Shown here: in pieces, positions 51,851 through 64,000 of the stretch
Layout: each line of letters begins with the position of its first letter
Position numbering within the stretch: position 1 is the first letter of the stretch
Assembly: GCA_951406725.2 (NCBI GenBank)
Contig: OX597815.1
Location: 48,980,001 to 49,044,000, forward strand
DNA: 64,000 bases
From: Octopus vulgaris
Taxonomy: Eukaryota
Direction of reading: 5' to 3'
Position numbers and translations under genes: made by a program
The notes under the pieces: generated by a model
The model's input: the letters and a program-made list of their open reading frames with translations, nothing else
The model's database searches: none
Told to the model about the DNA's origin: nothing

Positions 51851-52741
51851 TTTGTGGGCTTAAAAAGAGGTTAACTACTTAAGAGTAATATACATGACGG
51901 TTACTGTACTGTTTCCTTCTGCGAAATTCACTTACAAGGTATTGGTAGGGCTGGGGCTATTGTAGAAGGCACTTGTTTAGGGTGCCGCAGCGTGGGACTG
52001 ACTCCGAAATCATGTGGTTGCAAAAGGAACTCCTTAACCACACAGCCATTTTTAGGTCTATGCTGAAAGTTTTTAAAACTCTTTTGACCCAGTTTTCTTT
52101 ATACCAAATGCCAGGTCTTAGTTTTTATTACGTTTCATTCTTGCTTTAACTCTGAGTAACAATTTTTGAGACAAGTACCCCTCCGAGGTCAACTTTGCTT
52201 TTGTCATTCGGGATCGATAAAGCGTAATACCAGTGAAGAACTGAGGGTGATTATATTGACTTTACACTCGACCAGTATATGTGGCCTTGTGCTAATATTA
52301 GAAATCAATATTTCAGAGATAAACGGTTTTGAAAATGCATTAGAGTAGCGTTATAATATGGTATCTCATATTATGTTCAAATCCCAAGGGATCGATAAAT
52401 GTATTTGGATAACATATTTTTATCGATCACCATAAATATATTGAAATTAGATGGTTTGGTTGTACATACTATCACGGAACCAGAGATATCTCTTCAGCAG
52501 AATCATTAGATCATCGGACTAAATGCCTTGCTTGATTTACTTATTGTCTTTTACATCCTGAATTCATATCCCACCGAGGGTGACTTCACCATTTATCATT
52601 CCGAGGAGATAAAAATTAAGTACTAGCCAAATACGAAGTCGATATAATTTACTATTCCTTGCACCGCATTTTGAGGTTTTGCTCCTACGTTAGTTATTGA
52701 AATACATTAGACAGTAATGGTCATAGAAGATACAACTAATA

Positions 52742-52958
52742 ATCCTTTTTACTACAGGTACAAGACCTGAAATTTGAGGAAAGTGGGGTAAGTCGATTAC
52801 ATCGACACCAGAGTTCAACTCGTACTTATTTTATCGAGCCTGGAAGGATGAAAGGCAAAAAGTCGACCTCGGAGGAATTTGAACGCAGAGAGTAAAAATG
52901 AACGAAATGCCGCTAAGCATTTCCTCCGGAGTGCTAACTGTTCTGCCAGCTCACCGCC
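52742..52958 (-). mobile_element. SINE family B monomer next to (TAG)n/(AAT)n
   Basis: Complete head and tail. Confidence 0.85.
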
Positions 52959-52979
52959 GTAGTAGTAGTAGTAGTAGTA

Positions 52980-53065
<86 letters not shown>

Positions 53066-53141
53066 AATAATAATAATAATAATAATAATAGTAATAATAG
53101 TAATAATACTAATAACAACAACAACAACAATAATAATAATG

Positions 53142-53221
<80 letters not shown>

Positions 53222-53751
53222 TATGGAATAACAACAGAAAAAAGATGGTATAGGCACACACCAGAAAAGGTCACAGAAAACGAGAAAGCAACCATACTCT
53301 GGGATATGCCGATACACACAGATAGAGAAATTAAGGCCAACAGACCAGATATAGTTGTCAGAGATTATGAAGAAAAAATGATTTCTAATTGATGTATCAA
53401 TACCGGCAGATGACAACGTCTCTCTAAAAGAAATGGAGAAACTCTCAAAATACAAAGACCTGGAAATAGAGGTAACCAGAATGTGGAATCTAAAAACAGA
53501 AACAATTCCTATCATAGTAGGTGCATTAGGCATGATAAAAAAATATTCAGACAAATACATAACAAAAACACCAGGACTTACAGACACATATAACATACAG
53601 AAAATTGCACTACTAGGCACTGTACACATCCTACGCAGAACACCTTCCATACAATAACCATCAGAGCATCACAACAAATCACAGCACATACCTAAGGCAC
53701 ACAGAGCTGCGCTCGGTAGTGAAGTGAAAGCACGCTATAAAAAAAAAACTA

Positions 53752-53754
<3 letters not shown>
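53222..53754 (+). mobile_element. R4/Dong-clade LINE 3' end (restriction-like endonuclease domain), 5'-truncated, inside (AAT)n
   Basis: ILWDMPIHTDREIKANRPDIVV, frameshift, LIDVSIPADDNVSLKEMEKLSKYKDL..IPIIVGALG, stop at 53657, short 3' UTR, (AAT)n on both sides. Confidence 0.92.
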
Positions 53755-53813
<59 letters not shown>

Positions 53814-53833
53814 TGATGATAATAATAACTGAG

Positions 53834-53892
<59 letters not shown>

Positions 53893-53893
<1 letters not shown>

Positions 53894-54010
53894 GCTGAGT
53901 GAACTGGAGCAACGTTAAATAAATTGTCATGCTCAGGAATACAGCTCGGTCCGGGAATCGAACTCCTGACTGTAAGCCAGCCCGACGCTCTAACCACTGA
54001 GCCATGCACC
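53893..54010 (-). mobile_element. SINE family C/D head fragment
   Basis: TGGCTCAGTGGTTAGAGCG A box, AGTTCGATTCCC B box. Confidence 0.8.
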
Positions 54011-54094
54011 TTCACACACCCACATAAATTTTACCAGAGATAAAAACGAATCTGAGTGAAATCACCAATAATAATAATAATAATAATAATAATG

Positions 54095-54273
54095 CTTTTA
54101 AATATTGGCACAAGGCCAGCAGTTTGGGGCAGGAGTAAGTCGTTTACATCGAGCCCCAGAAATATGAAAGGCAAAGCCAACTATGACAGAATCTGGAATT
54201 AAAGCGTAAAGATGGACGAAATGCCGTTAAGCACTTCGACCGGCGTGCTAACGCTTTTGCCAGTTTGCCGCCT
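54095..54273 (-). mobile_element. SINE family B, diverged
   Basis: Head and tail recognisable. Confidence 0.7.
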
Positions 54274-54695
54274 TAAAGATGATAATGAGGGTGACGACAA
54301 TGAGGACAACGACGACACTGGAGTTGACAGTGCTGAGGATGAAGATGAGGACGATGTCATGATGATGACGGTAATGACGATGATAATGCGAGGATGATGA
54401 TGATGATGAGGAGGAGGATGACGATGATGGTAGTGACGACGATTGCAACAATGATGATGACGGCGAAACCAACGCCATCTGGGTTTGTAATGATATCGTT
54501 AGAGAGGATGACATCGACAAGGACGACAATGTTGATGATGATATTTATGTCGATGGTGATAATGAACAACACTGATGATAATATGATGATGAGACTGGTT
54601 TTGGAGGCGGTGCTGCTAATGTTCCTTCTGCTGCTAATGATAATGATGATGATGATGCCAATGTTCCGTTGCAGCACTGAGGGAAAGAGTAAGAA

Positions 54696-54732
<37 letters not shown>

Positions 54733-55019
54733 AATCGAATAAGATAGAGAGATGGGGAAAGGAATGTCGTTATGACGCAGAGGAAGATTTATAATTTAAT
54801 ACCTTCACCTTCCCCGCTCTTATTACACCACCGCCCCCAGTCACAAACTGCATATCGTAATCTTAATTGTCTAGATTATTATGGTTTATTCTTAATGGTA
54901 CCCTAATCTCTTCACCCACTGAAGATCCCTTATCGGTTTCTTGGGTACCGTCTTCCCTACCACAACTACCTCCAAACAATTTACCATCACAGACAACAAA
55001 CACAACACACCACCATTAA

Positions 55020-55352
55020 AACTACCAGCCTACAACTACCACCACCATCATCACCACCACCGCCACTGCCACCACCACCACCACCACCACCATCACCATA
55101 TCGCCATCACTACCACCAACACCACTAACACTAACATCACCACTACCACCACAACCACCACTACCACCAGCACCACCAACATCAAATCCATCACCACCAT
55201 CACCACAACTACCACCAACTCCACTACCATCACAACCACTAACACTATCACCTCTACAACCACTACTACCACCACTACAACTATCTATTACTACCATCAC
55301 CACCACCGACACAACCACAACATCATCCTAACCACCGTCACCACCACTGCCA
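55020..55352. repeat. Degenerate (CAC)n microsatellite
   Basis: Directly visible. Confidence 0.92.
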
Positions 55353-55500
55353 ACTAGTGTCAATGACATTATCGAAAACATCAGCATTCTCTCCAATGAT
55401 ATCTATAACAACACCATCATCTCAGCCTCCACATTGCCACAGCTGACAGCAAAATAACACTATCATCCCATCAACCATTGCTACCATCACAAACAGCAAA

Positions 55501-55653
55501 TATGGCTGTGTGGTAAGAAGCTTGCTTCACAACCACATGGTTCTGGGTACAGTTCCACTGTGTGGCACCTGGGCAAGTGTCTTCTACTATAGCCTCGGGC
55601 TGACCAAAGCCTAATGAGTGGATTTGGTAGATGGAAACTGAAAGAGGCCCGTC

Positions 55654-55697
<44 letters not shown>

Positions 55698-55881
55698 CTG
55701 TGTGTGTATCTTCGTGTCTGTATTTGTCCCCCTCCTCACCGCTTGACAACCGGTATTGGTGTGTTTACGGTTCAGTGAAAGAGACTGATAGAATAAGTAC
55801 TAGGCTTAACAAATTAGTCCTGGGGTGGTGCTCCAGCATGACTGCAGTCAAATGACAGAAACAAGCAAAAGAATGAAAAGA
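55501..55881 (+). mobile_element. SINE family A, near full-length
   Basis: Aligns with consensus; internal (TA)n. Confidence 0.88.
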
Positions 55882-55997
55882 TCAACACCATCATCACCAG
55901 CATCATCACAGCCAAGAACACGATTACAACGACGATCATCACCAACAACATCAACTACAACAAAAGTAATGATACTGCCACTAACAACAAATACTGG

Positions 55998-56298
55998 TAC
56001 TCCGTCGGTTACGACGACCAGGGTTCCAGTTGATCCGATCGATGGAACAGCCTGCTCGTAAAATTAGCGTGCAAATGGCTGAGCACTCCACTGACACGCT
56101 CACCCACAGAATGTAATTCTCAGAGAGATTCAGCGTGACACAGAATGTAACAAGGTCGGCCCTCTGAAATACAGGTACAACTCATTTTTGCTAGCTGAGT
56201 GGAATGGAGCAACGTGTCCAACACAACACGCCGCTGGGAATCGAACTCATGACCTTACAATCGTGAGCTGATTACCCTAACCACTGAGCCACGCGCCT
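55998..56298 (-). mobile_element. SINE family D, near full-length
   Basis: GGCGCGTGGCTCAGTGGTTAGG head, GAGTTCGATTCCC B box, distinct body ending CGTAACCGACGGAG. Confidence 0.85.
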
Positions 56299-56762
56299 TT
56301 ACCACTAACATCATCAACAATTACAGCAGCGCTGCCGACACCGACGCCACCGCCACCACCACCACCACCACCACCACCACCACCACCGAGAACATGATTA
56401 AGACAGCCACCACCAGCACCAAAAACCATCGTCATAGCTACCGCCACCACCACCGCCGCCGCCTGCAAAAGCATCAACAACACCATTATCAGCATCAGCG
56501 CTACCACCTAGAACGCGACTACGACGATCACCTTCAACACCATTTTCAAAGCTATCACAACAACTCTACCGACAACTCAAACACTGTCGCAAGCAACAAT
56601 AACATCAACAATGTCGCCACCATAGACAAAGCCCATCGTGGGAGTTTGCTACGAGCCGTTTGACTTACTAGAAAGAGTAGCCAAAATACTTATAAATTAC
56701 AAACACCGACCTAAAAAACGGAAGAACTTGTTAGGCAATGTAGTCTTTGCTTTTTATATATA

Positions 56763-56976
56763 CAGTTATCCCTAGACTATCGCAGGTGTTATTTTCCAAA
56801 ACCCCGCGATAAGTGAAAAACCGCGAAGTCGAAACAGTACTGAATATTTTTTAAAAAATTATTTTTAGAATTTGTATATATTTTATTATAAAAGTAAAAC
56901 AACACGACGGAGGAATCGACGTAAACTTAAATAATAAACCGCGATAGGTGAACCACAATATGGCAAAAGATTACTG
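56763..56976. mobile_element. Tigger/pogo-like MITE with TA TSD, inserted in an older SINE-like repeat (~56640-57068)
   Basis: TA|CAGTTATCCCTAG..AAAAGATTACTG|TA; internal CCGCGATA.GTGAA repeats. Confidence 0.75.
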
Positions 56977-57104
56977 TAATTAAAAAAAATGTGATAGGAT
57001 GGCCATTGATGGAGCGTCTTTAATCATAGATCTGCTCGGTTAGATCTGACTTGGAGTTAAGCAACAACGATATTACACATCAACACAACCAAAACTCGCA
57101 CTGC

Positions 57105-57107
57105 CAT

Positions 57108-57151
<44 letters not shown>

Positions 57152-57560
57152 GCTACTACAACCTCCACCACTACTACTGCTGCTGCTGCTACGACGTACA
57201 CCACCACTATACCAAAACTAGCGTCATGAGCACTAGCAGCACCGCACTTCTGTAGCTACTACCACAGCGACTACATCCCTACCACCACGACAATCACAAC
57301 TACTACTACTACCACCATCACCACTATTATTACAATTACCTTCACCACCATCACTGCTATAACCACCACAGCTATTACCCTCATCATTACTACCATTACC
57401 ACCACTACTACTACCACCACAACCACAACCACCACTATAACTATTACTACCACCACCACCACAACTACTACAACCACCACCACCACCACCATAACTACTA
57501 CTGATACTACTATTATTTCTACTACTACTACTACCACTTCCCCTGCGACAACCACTACTG
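57105..57560. repeat. Degenerate (CTA)n/(CCA)n microsatellite
   Basis: Directly visible. Confidence 0.92.
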
Positions 57561-58449
57561 CTGCTCCTAATACATCTTCGTTACCACTACACCACCGATA
57601 CCATTAATCCCACTTCCCAGAACTACCCCCGCCACCAGCAAAAAAAACTACAGCACCACCAACGAACAACAAAAGTTCTATGTATTTTGTACCATTCCAT
57701 CCATCCTACCACTACTCCTCATCTTAGAACAATACCTAACCCCAAGCTCACCGCTCCGTCCCCCCCCCCCCGTTTTATTTGTTTCCAATGTCACCCCCGG
57801 AGGTTTCAAACCTCTTCTCCACCCGTACCCTCCGCAGGCCTGCCCTACATCTGATAGTACCGCTCCATTGTAGCAATCCTTGCCAAACCCACTTTAGATA
57901 CATGGCGGATCCCGAGAGATCATGTGATAAGCTTTTTATTGTGTTTAAGGATAGTTAGCCATATTGAATTTGAGGTGATCAGTAAGTAATTGAATCTGTA
58001 TTCCAATGTAGCATGCCAGCCTCAGATTCCAGCAACACCCCTCTTGAAGATATGGCTGTGAGTAAGTATGCACATGTGTTTTTAGAGAGAGGGCGAGAGA
58101 GAGAGAGGGGGGAGAGGGGAGAGAGAGAGGGGAGAGAAAGAGACAGGAGAGAAAGAGAATGTGTGTATGTGGGTGTGTCTTTGTATGTATGTTTGTATGT
58201 GTGTGTGTGTAAATATATTTGTGTGTGAGGGGGAGAGTGTATGTGTGTGTATGTGCGCGTGTACACACACACACACATATATATATAAATATATATATAT
58301 GTATATAAGTGCCTGTGCACGTTTTATGCCGAACATGAAAAATATCTTCTCCGATAGCTGAGGACATCCTATGTCACTCAATAGGACTAGAATCATAAAT
58401 CAAGTGTATATGTATATGTGTGTGTATGTGTGTGTGTGTATGTGTGTGT

Positions 58450-58529
<80 letters not shown>

Positions 58530-58967
58530 GTGTGTATGTCTATCTATGTGTGTGGAAAGTCTGCTCGGTTAGTTTTTCATTTAACATGTCGCTTAAATAT
58601 ACAGTATATTGTATTTTTGTTTTACCCAGGTCAACTCCGATTAAGCAAGCCCTGTGTTGAAAGGCATTCCAGCGATGACTATCCCGTCTACGCTTTATGA
58701 TGCTGTATCTAGGACCACATCAACCAACTCATCCTTCCATTTTGTTTTAAACATTGTAGAATATGGTTGGAAATGAATTTAACTGTTACTTCTAGCGTGC
58801 CAAGCATACAAGTAGAAGATCTTTCGTTAGCTGAAATACATATCTATTCTGTTGTTACCGTATTGGTAGCTGTTATTGTTAGTATTATTGTAGCTGTTGT
58901 TTAGCCCCAGTTAATCCAAAGACGTTCTAGCCATGACCTTTAATAAATCCGTTTCTTTTTTGCAATA

Positions 58968-59141
58968 GACACAGGGGTGGTTGCATGGTAAAATGTTGCC
59001 TTCTCAATCACATACTTCCAGGTTTAGTCCTCTTGTTTGGTACGTTAGGCAAGTGTCTTCTGCTATAGCCCCTCGAACTGGCCAAAGCCTTGTGAGTGAA
59101 TTTTATAGACAGAAACTGAAAGAAGCCGATTGTGTGTGTGT

Positions 59142-59200
<59 letters not shown>

Positions 59201-59420
59201 TGTGTGTGTGTGTATGGGTGTGTGTTTATCCCTGATCTCTGCTTAACAACCGGTGCTGGTGTGTTTACATACTAGTAACTTGGCGCTTTGACAAAAGCAG
59301 GCCGATTGCATAAGTACCATGCTTTAAAAAATAAGTACTTGGGTCGATTCACTCAACTAAAATCCTTCAAGTTGGTGTCCCAGCATGGTCACAATCTAAT
59401 GAATGAAACAAGTAAGAGAC
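58968..59420 (+). mobile_element. SINE family A, diverged, internal (TG)n
   Basis: Aligns with consensus. Confidence 0.8.
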
Positions 59421-59529
59421 AAAGGCCAGAGCATTGGCAGAAACAAAGGATCAAACATTTTATCGTGTGAGAAAGGCTTAGTTAATTCGTTCGATGTCAC
59501 TCACATTAGATTTCGTAGTAACAAGTAAA

Positions 59530-59860
59530 CTTTTCTACTCTAGGCAGAAGGTCCGAAATTTTGGGGGAGGGGGCCAGTCGATTAGATCGGCTCCAGTATG
59601 CAACTGGTACTTCATTTATCGATCCCGAAAGGATGAAAAGCAAAGTTGACCTCAGCGGAATTAGAAGTCAGACCGTAAAGACAGACGAAATATCGCTAAG
59701 CATTTTGCCCGGGGTGCTAACATTTCTTATTTCTTTATTGTCCACAAGGGACTTAACACAGAGGGGACAAACAAGGCAGACAAAGGGATTAAGTCGATTA
59801 CATCGACCCCAGTGCGTAACTGGTACTTAAAGGATGAAAGGCGGCGTGCTAACGTTTCTG
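59530..59860 (-). mobile_element. SINE family B dimer with Tx1-like tail linker
   Basis: TTTATTGTCCACAAGGG..GGACAAACAAGG linker between monomers. Confidence 0.82.
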
Positions 59861-60523
59861 TCAACCTTGGTAGTAAAAAATAATACAAAATCTATTCAAT
59901 TTCAAATATTTAGAAAGTGGAGAAATTTTTCTCCATGAATTAATTTGTCCTTCGTGTAACACCAGTGTTTCCTGTAACTACGTATAACAGGTAAAGCTGG
60001 CAAAGTTTTCTTAAATCACCTTGTCATAGATAAAAATAGGACCACATTAAATAATATAGTCCTATATAAACATAAAGAGAAAAAAATCATCACGGTTGGA
60101 ACCCGGTTATTCATAATCAGCTCGATGAGAGTTGAGTTGCAGATAGACAATAACGAGCATATATGCTACTGTCACTGGATGTTATAAACGGTAAAAGTGA
60201 TTGAAACATTGTTGAACTCGAGTCTTTAAGATATATAACAAAATGCCTCAAAGCTTTTTATATGGTACTCTGTAGATTGCATCCTCCACCGTTAGCAAAA
60301 TTGAATTTATTAGTAACAGTTTTATTTCGAAAGTGTTGTAGTTTTAGTGATGCCATTTAGAGCTGATAGAAGGTGGAGAAACTCGACGAAGCGGTGGAGA
60401 AGTTAGCTAAAAATGAAAGCATGTGTGTGTGTATTCTTTTATTCTTTTACGTGTTTCAGTTATTTGGCTGCGGCCATGTTGGAGCACTGTATCTATATTA
60501 TATGTGTATATATAAATAGTTGC

Positions 60524-60680
60524 TGGAGTGGCTATGTGGTAAGAAGCTTGCTTACCAACCACATAGTTCCGGGTTCAGTCCCACTGTATGGAACCTTGGG
60601 CAAGTGTTTTCTACTATAGCCTCGAGCCGACCTATTCCTTGTGAGTGAATTTGGCAGACGGAAACTGAAAGAAGCCCGTC

Positions 60681-60725
<45 letters not shown>

Positions 60726-60921
60726 TTTGTGTGTATGTGTGTGTGTTTGTCGTCCCACCCTCGCTTGACAACCGATGCTGGTGTGTTTACGTCTCCGTAA
60801 CTTAGCGGTTCGGCAAAAGTGACCGATAGAATAAGTACTAGGAATACAAAGAATAAGTCCTGGGGCGATTTGTTCGGCTTAAAGCCGTGCTCCAGCATGG
60901 CCGCAGTTAAATAACTGAAAC

Positions 60922-60922
<1 letters not shown>
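60524..60922 (+). mobile_element. SINE family A, near full-length
   Basis: Aligns with consensus; internal (TA)n(TG)n. Confidence 0.9.
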
Positions 60923-60983
<61 letters not shown>

Positions 60984-61779
60984 TGTATGTATGTGTGCAT
61001 GTATGCATACATATATCTTTACGTGTGAGTACACAGACAATGAAATGGGTGCGAAAACAGGAACGTGATTGCGAAACGGATCTCTTTATCATCCGGGCAC
61101 ACTACTCACACACATACGTCGCGTGCGCACATATACTCACACATATACACACAATGTAACAAAGCGAAACTTTTGAAAGAATTACTTAAGTAGGAAATGC
61201 AACTGATAAAGTACCAGTGAAGTACTAGTGTCGATACAAACAACTACCCTTCTTCGCTCAAAATGTTTGATCTAGTGCCTAATGAAAAAAAATCATTATG
61301 AATTAATTAGTTAATTAGTAAATTAAGCAATGCGCTTCAATTGACAGCATGGTCGTCCCAGTGTAGAACAATATTTGTTTCAACACACTGTTTTACATCA
61401 AGAACATTGCAAAATAAATTCTGAAACAAAATAAGAGATAATTAACTGCTCGAAAATGGAATCTAAGAAAATGAATGTTGATAATGGCTTTACTTGGAGA
61501 TTCCAGTATGTGGGGATTACTAAACCAAAGACAAATATTTTATGAAGGACAAATTAATTTACGGGGGAAAAAATTCATCCACCTTTTAAATGTTTGGATT
61601 GGAAGAGACTTTGTATTATTTTATTCCACGAAAACTAATGTGACATCAAGTTAATAACAAAAATGCTTCAGAAAGATTGCAAAATAAAATGCAAATAGTA
61701 ATTTTGTTTTTACTCAAAAAATCAATTAACAATTTCTAAATTCTTATAGATTTACATATCCTTAATGCACTCATAAAGC

Positions 61780-62325
61780 ACCGAGCTGGCAGAAACGTTA
61801 GCACGCCGGGCGAAATGCTTTGTGGTGTTTCGTCTGCCGCTACGTTCTGAGTTCAAATCCCGCCGAAGTCGACTTTGCCTTTCATCCTTTCGGGGTCGAT
61901 TAAATAAATACCAGCTGCGCACTGGGGTCGATATAATCGATTTAATCCGTTTGTCTGTCCTTGTTTGTCCTCTCTGTGCTTAGCCCCTTGTAGGTAGTAA
62001 ATAAATAGGTATTTTTCGTTTGCCGCCACATTCTGAGTTCAAATCCCGCCGAGGTCGACTTTGCCTTTCATCCTTTCGGGGTCGATTAAATAAATACCAG
62101 CTGCGCACTGGGGTCGATATAATCGACTTAATCCGTTTGTCTGTTCTTGTTTGTCCTCTCTGTGTTTAGCCCATTGTGGGTAGTAAAGAAATAGGTATTT
62201 TTCGTCTGCCGCTACGTTCTGAGTTCAAATTCGTCCGAGTTAGACTTTAGCTTTTATCCTTTCCGAGTCAATAAAATAAGTGCAATTTGAGCAGTGGGTC
62301 GATGTAATCGACTGAACTACTCCCA
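61780..62325 (+). mobile_element. SINE family B trimer (one head, ~180-bp repeated units)
   Basis: B box, central domain and Tx1-like tail repeated; final tail interrupted at 62326-62498. Confidence 0.9.
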
Positions 62326-64000
62326 GGTATGTATAAAAACTGCATCCCTCTGCCGAGCCACGTCAGGCCAGTGTGGTAGAGAAGGCGCATCGATCCAATA
62401 TGATTTTAAGCTCAGATTCACGGTTTCCTTATCAGACCGTGGCAGGTGGAAAGAGTCAGGCTTATCAAATTATTCGACATGATAATGATTTGATACGTAT
62501 TTGAAACCTATCATTAGAATTGCTTTTCTTGAGCAAATCATAACTGAGGGTACCCCATTTGCCTAGCTCTGGTATGATCTCACACGATATAACAGTTTAA
62601 TCCATAAGCTTATTTTCAATTATCTTGCAGCTATGAGTTCAATGAAGTTCATATGTCTTTTTCGAAGGTTTATCTTTTGAGCCTGAAAGCAATATCCATC
62701 AAAAGTTTAATGTCGAATAGTAAGTTGTTACAAGGTTTGAGGTCACTTAGACGGAAACAGTTAATCGAAATACACTTGATTGAAAGTAGTCGTACGAAAA
62801 ATAACAAATAAAAAACAAACAAAAAAAACTGATAGAATAGTTGCTCGAAGCAGCAAAAGGATTATAAACAAAATATTCCCAAAACTGGAAAATAGATTAA
62901 AGATAAAAAATTATTTCATGTTTATTTAAAATAATTTTTCGTTTATTAAAATGGTAATCAATATATAATTTTACGTTAGAGGCAACTGTACATTCGTGTA
63001 ACTGCACACACGTATATATACAATTGCACGCGTGTATGTATCGTGTTCATGTTAACTGTATAAAAATCACTGGTGTTTAGATTGCTGACATAAAGCTGAC
63101 ACACAAACTCATAAAATCCAGAACGAATTTTTATATTTTGATAAAACGGATTATCTAAATAAAATGTGAAATTGTGTAACCTTATTTAAACATTTTGATA
63201 GTTATTTTAATTATTTTAGTATTCATTATAATTCGATTATTGCTGATTCAAGTAATTGTTTTTGTCAGTAACCTTCGGTAAATTGTATTTCGATAACTCT
63301 TCATACACTGTAGTTAAACACAGCAGCCATCTCACGTAGCTCTTTAATCACAACCATTGTCTAAACCTAATGACAATGTAACACAATAACTAGCAGCTAG
63401 GTGAACTACAAGATTGTAGAATAAAATCTTATTTAGAAATATATCAACTCATTGTAGTAGTTTATTTAATCTTATGATCCATGAGCAGGCAGTCCAATCA
63501 CTTTATCTACGATGGGGCCTCTATCAACCGAAGGCTTATAACGCTCACATTCATTTGCATATAATGTATGGCTTACTCATCACTTATATATTTCTCCATT
63601 TAAATATATCTTTGGAATTGATGCCATCATTTCTTAGACTAATATTCATAAGTAAACTCACTAATCATTGCTGTACTACCATGAAAGCAACATTTCTTCT
63701 TTGAATTCACTAATAAGATTATTGTGTCCTCTTCAAAACTGTTGTTCTATTGACCTAGGTCAACCATGATCAAGTAAATCTACGATCAAATAAATTCCTG
63801 GCCGTAACAACAGTTTCTTATATTTATATATAGTAAATTTTTTATCTCAGACGGTCATTAATGATCACGGATCAAGATCCTAGTTGTCTACCTTACTGGA
63901 ACAGAGTTGTCTGTAGCTGAATAATCTGATGCGCAAATGACAGTCTCTGTCACACAAGCTGCACTTGTTGGCCGTCGGGTTCTATCCCTCCGGTACAGAT

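Overview
Eukaryotic, AT-rich, microsatellite-saturated non-coding DNA. The repeat landscape strongly suggests a coleoid cephalopod (Octopus-like); this is an inference from recognised SINE motifs, not a database result. I find no credible host protein-coding gene: nearly all ORFs in the track are translated microsatellites or SINEs. The window holds dozens of copies of at least five tRNA-derived SINE families, two R4/Dong-clade LINE fragments in (AAT)n tracts, a Tx1/L1-clade LINE 3' end, a ~530-bp (AAT)n-associated element, mariner/hAT/Tigger remnants, two non-autonomous Helitrons and several foldback MITEs. The most interesting signals are: (1) several Penelope-type minimal hammerhead ribozyme motifs, mostly next to (TA)n tracts, one nested inside a SINE's internal microsatellite; (2) a SINE tail shared with the Tx1-like LINE 3' end; (3) short unique inserts that replace ~25 nt of SINE sequence, one of them a 129-bp local copy; (4) local inverted duplications and a pre-miRNA-sized hairpin. 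Most repeat boundaries were read by eye and are approximate.
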